From Octopus sinensis (lineage: Eukaryota): DNA of 64,000 nt. Made by a program: the position numbers and the translations under genes. Positions 62,158 to 64,000 of the stretch are shown here, in pieces (positions within the stretch are counted from its first letter, which is position 1; every line of letters begins with the position of its first letter). The stretch covers positions 3,224,001-3,288,000 of the forward strand of contig NC_043005.1 of NCBI RefSeq assembly GCF_006345805.1, read 5' to 3'. The notes under the pieces are model-generated. The model was not told the DNA's origin, made no database searches, and saw nothing but the letters and a program-made list of their open reading frames with translations.

Positions 62158-64000
62158 TGACAACGAACAAAGTAAAGATGGCAAGGATGGAGGCGCGGGT
62201 GGTGATGAAAGATGTCACCCCCACTTGGTAGACACCCAGGACAGCAACAAAGAAGATTCAGGTGAGAAACCTGCCCGGGAAGTAAACCCAAGTGCAAGTG
62301 CCCCTACCAGCACCAAAAGCCAAAGTCAGAACCATGGAGATGAAAGAGCCAAAAAAGAAATAAAAGAAGGAAAAACTAAATGAAAAACAAAAGATGAAAC
62401 AGCCAAAGAAGGAAAAACTAAAACTCAAGCAAAACCAAAAGATGAAACAGCCAAGGATAGAAGCAAACCTGACTATCCATGTACCAAAAAGGATAGAAAG
62501 AGACAGCGCACACGAATGTGTAAATTCTACCTGAAAGGTGTCTGCTGACATGGAGAGGAAGGTGCAGGATGCCGTTTTGCACATCAAAGACCCTGCCACA
62601 TAAATAGAAACCAACTACCAAAAGGAAAAGGAATGGACCACGCACCACCTGCCCCAAAACTGAGGTACGCTGATGTGGTGCGTGCTACAAACCGCCAACA
62701 TGTTGTTGAAAGGGCAGCTGCTGAACAAGAATCTTTTTTGTGCATGGCACAAAAGATTGTACAGCAGCTAACCTGGCTCCATCAAACTCAAACTTGCAGA
62801 TGGGACTATCCACAATACACAGGACCGCCACAGCAAATAGACTCAAGGTGGACACCGCCGGCAACAGTATACACCTCACCTCGATGCTCCTACTGAACAT
62901 TAGAGGACCTGCTAACACTCAGTAATAGGACAAAAATCCCGTTCTTAAGAGACTTTGTTGCATGCAATCAAGCCTTATGCATAGCACTTACGGAAACACA
63001 CCTGAAACCGGACATAGCAGATGCGGAAATACACATACCACAGTATGTTGTACTACGGACCGACAGAAAAGAAAGGAGTCATGGAGGAGTTGCTATGTAC
63101 ATCCGTGAGGACCTCACACCCCAGGTCCTTTTGTCATACTCAAATTCGGTGTCTGACACACTAATTGTACATATAAGGCAACTTGGTGTAGTTATATGTG
63201 CTACATATCGCCCTCCAGATGCCCCAGGCCATGTAAGCAAGTTTGAAGACTGCCTTATAAAAATAGAAGAAGTTCTAGTCACATTAGAACAACACATAAG
63301 TGTACTTCTTATGGGAGACTTCAATCTACCCAATGTCAGATGGCCCGAGGGCCTTTCTCTCCCAGGAATGACACGATGTGAACGAGGACAGGCGAGGTCC
63401 CTCCTGAACCTCATCAACACTCTGTACATGGAGCAAGTAATACTTCAACCAACCAGGGCAGGTAACATACTGGATCTCTGCTTCACAAATAATATGGATC
63501 TCATCCATAATGTGAAAGTGACGCCGACACTACTCTCGGATCACAACATGGTAGAGCTGACCATGTACGGGCCAAAGGAAAGCATGGACATGCAGCCTAC
63601 AAGAAACTCTCAGAATCTTTCCAGCTTGAACTTCCATAAGACAAACTGGAAACAAATTGAGAAAGAGATCCTCAAACAAAATTGGCCTGAATGTCTCTCC
63701 TCACCAGACATCGACATGAAACTTCAACAATTCATGTCTGTAATGCAAGCCATATGCTACAAATGTGTCCCAGAGAGAAAGGCCACTGTACACAAGAGCA
63801 AAATCCCCAGAGAGAGGAAAATTCTAATAAGACGGCGTACAAAAGTTTCAAATCGCCTAAACAAACAAATTGAAAGCAGTGAAAAGTCCCGCCTGAAAAT
63901 AAAACTGTTGGAAATTGAAAAATGTCTGCAACTCTCCCATGAAAAAGAAAGAGCAGACAAAGAAGCCTGGGCTATAGACAACATAAAATCTAACCCCAGA
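62158..64000 (+). mobile_element. CR1-group LINE 5' part: ORF1 remnant with CCCH finger and APE endonuclease running off the window
   Basis: CKFYLKGVC*HGEEGAGCRFAH at 62519-62584; LNIRG(L), ALTETHL, HGGVAMY, YRPPD, MGDFNLP, ILDLCFTN, SDHNMV; +1 frameshift near 62908, then open to 64000. Confidence 0.92.

Overview
AT-rich, extremely repeat-dense eukaryotic DNA with no recognisable conventional protein-coding gene. The repeat families and huge (TA)n/(TATG)n/(TAA)n microsatellites resemble a coleoid cephalopod, most likely Octopus (inferred from recalled repeat sequences, not a database search). The window is a mosaic of decayed mobile elements: about seven R4/Dong-like RLE non-LTR retrotransposon pieces (one near full length at 26.3-29.6 kb, most ending in TAA/AAC repeats), RTE and CR1-group LINEs, a Penelope-like GIY-YIG element, solo Penelope-like pseudo-LTRs with minimal hammerhead-ribozyme motifs, four Tc1/mariner-superfamily transposons plus a deleted mariner, and 20+ tRNA-derived SINE copies. 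There is one 100-N gap (15136-15235). Most notable: (1) hammerhead motifs, including two U3-A8 covariant cores, the best inside a 420-bp foldback at 56.9-57.3 kb; (2) a 121-bp inverted repeat pair enclosing a promoter-like/exon-like 525-bp segment at 53.1-53.9 kb; (3) an orphan 213-codon ORF at 55.7-56.4 kb; (4) SINEs apparently inserting into their own family; (5) CpG-rich 70-bp monomers upstream of an RTE N-terminus. Most ORFs in the supplied track are microsatellite or antisense artefacts. Element boundaries were placed by eye and may be off by tens of bases unless stated exactly.
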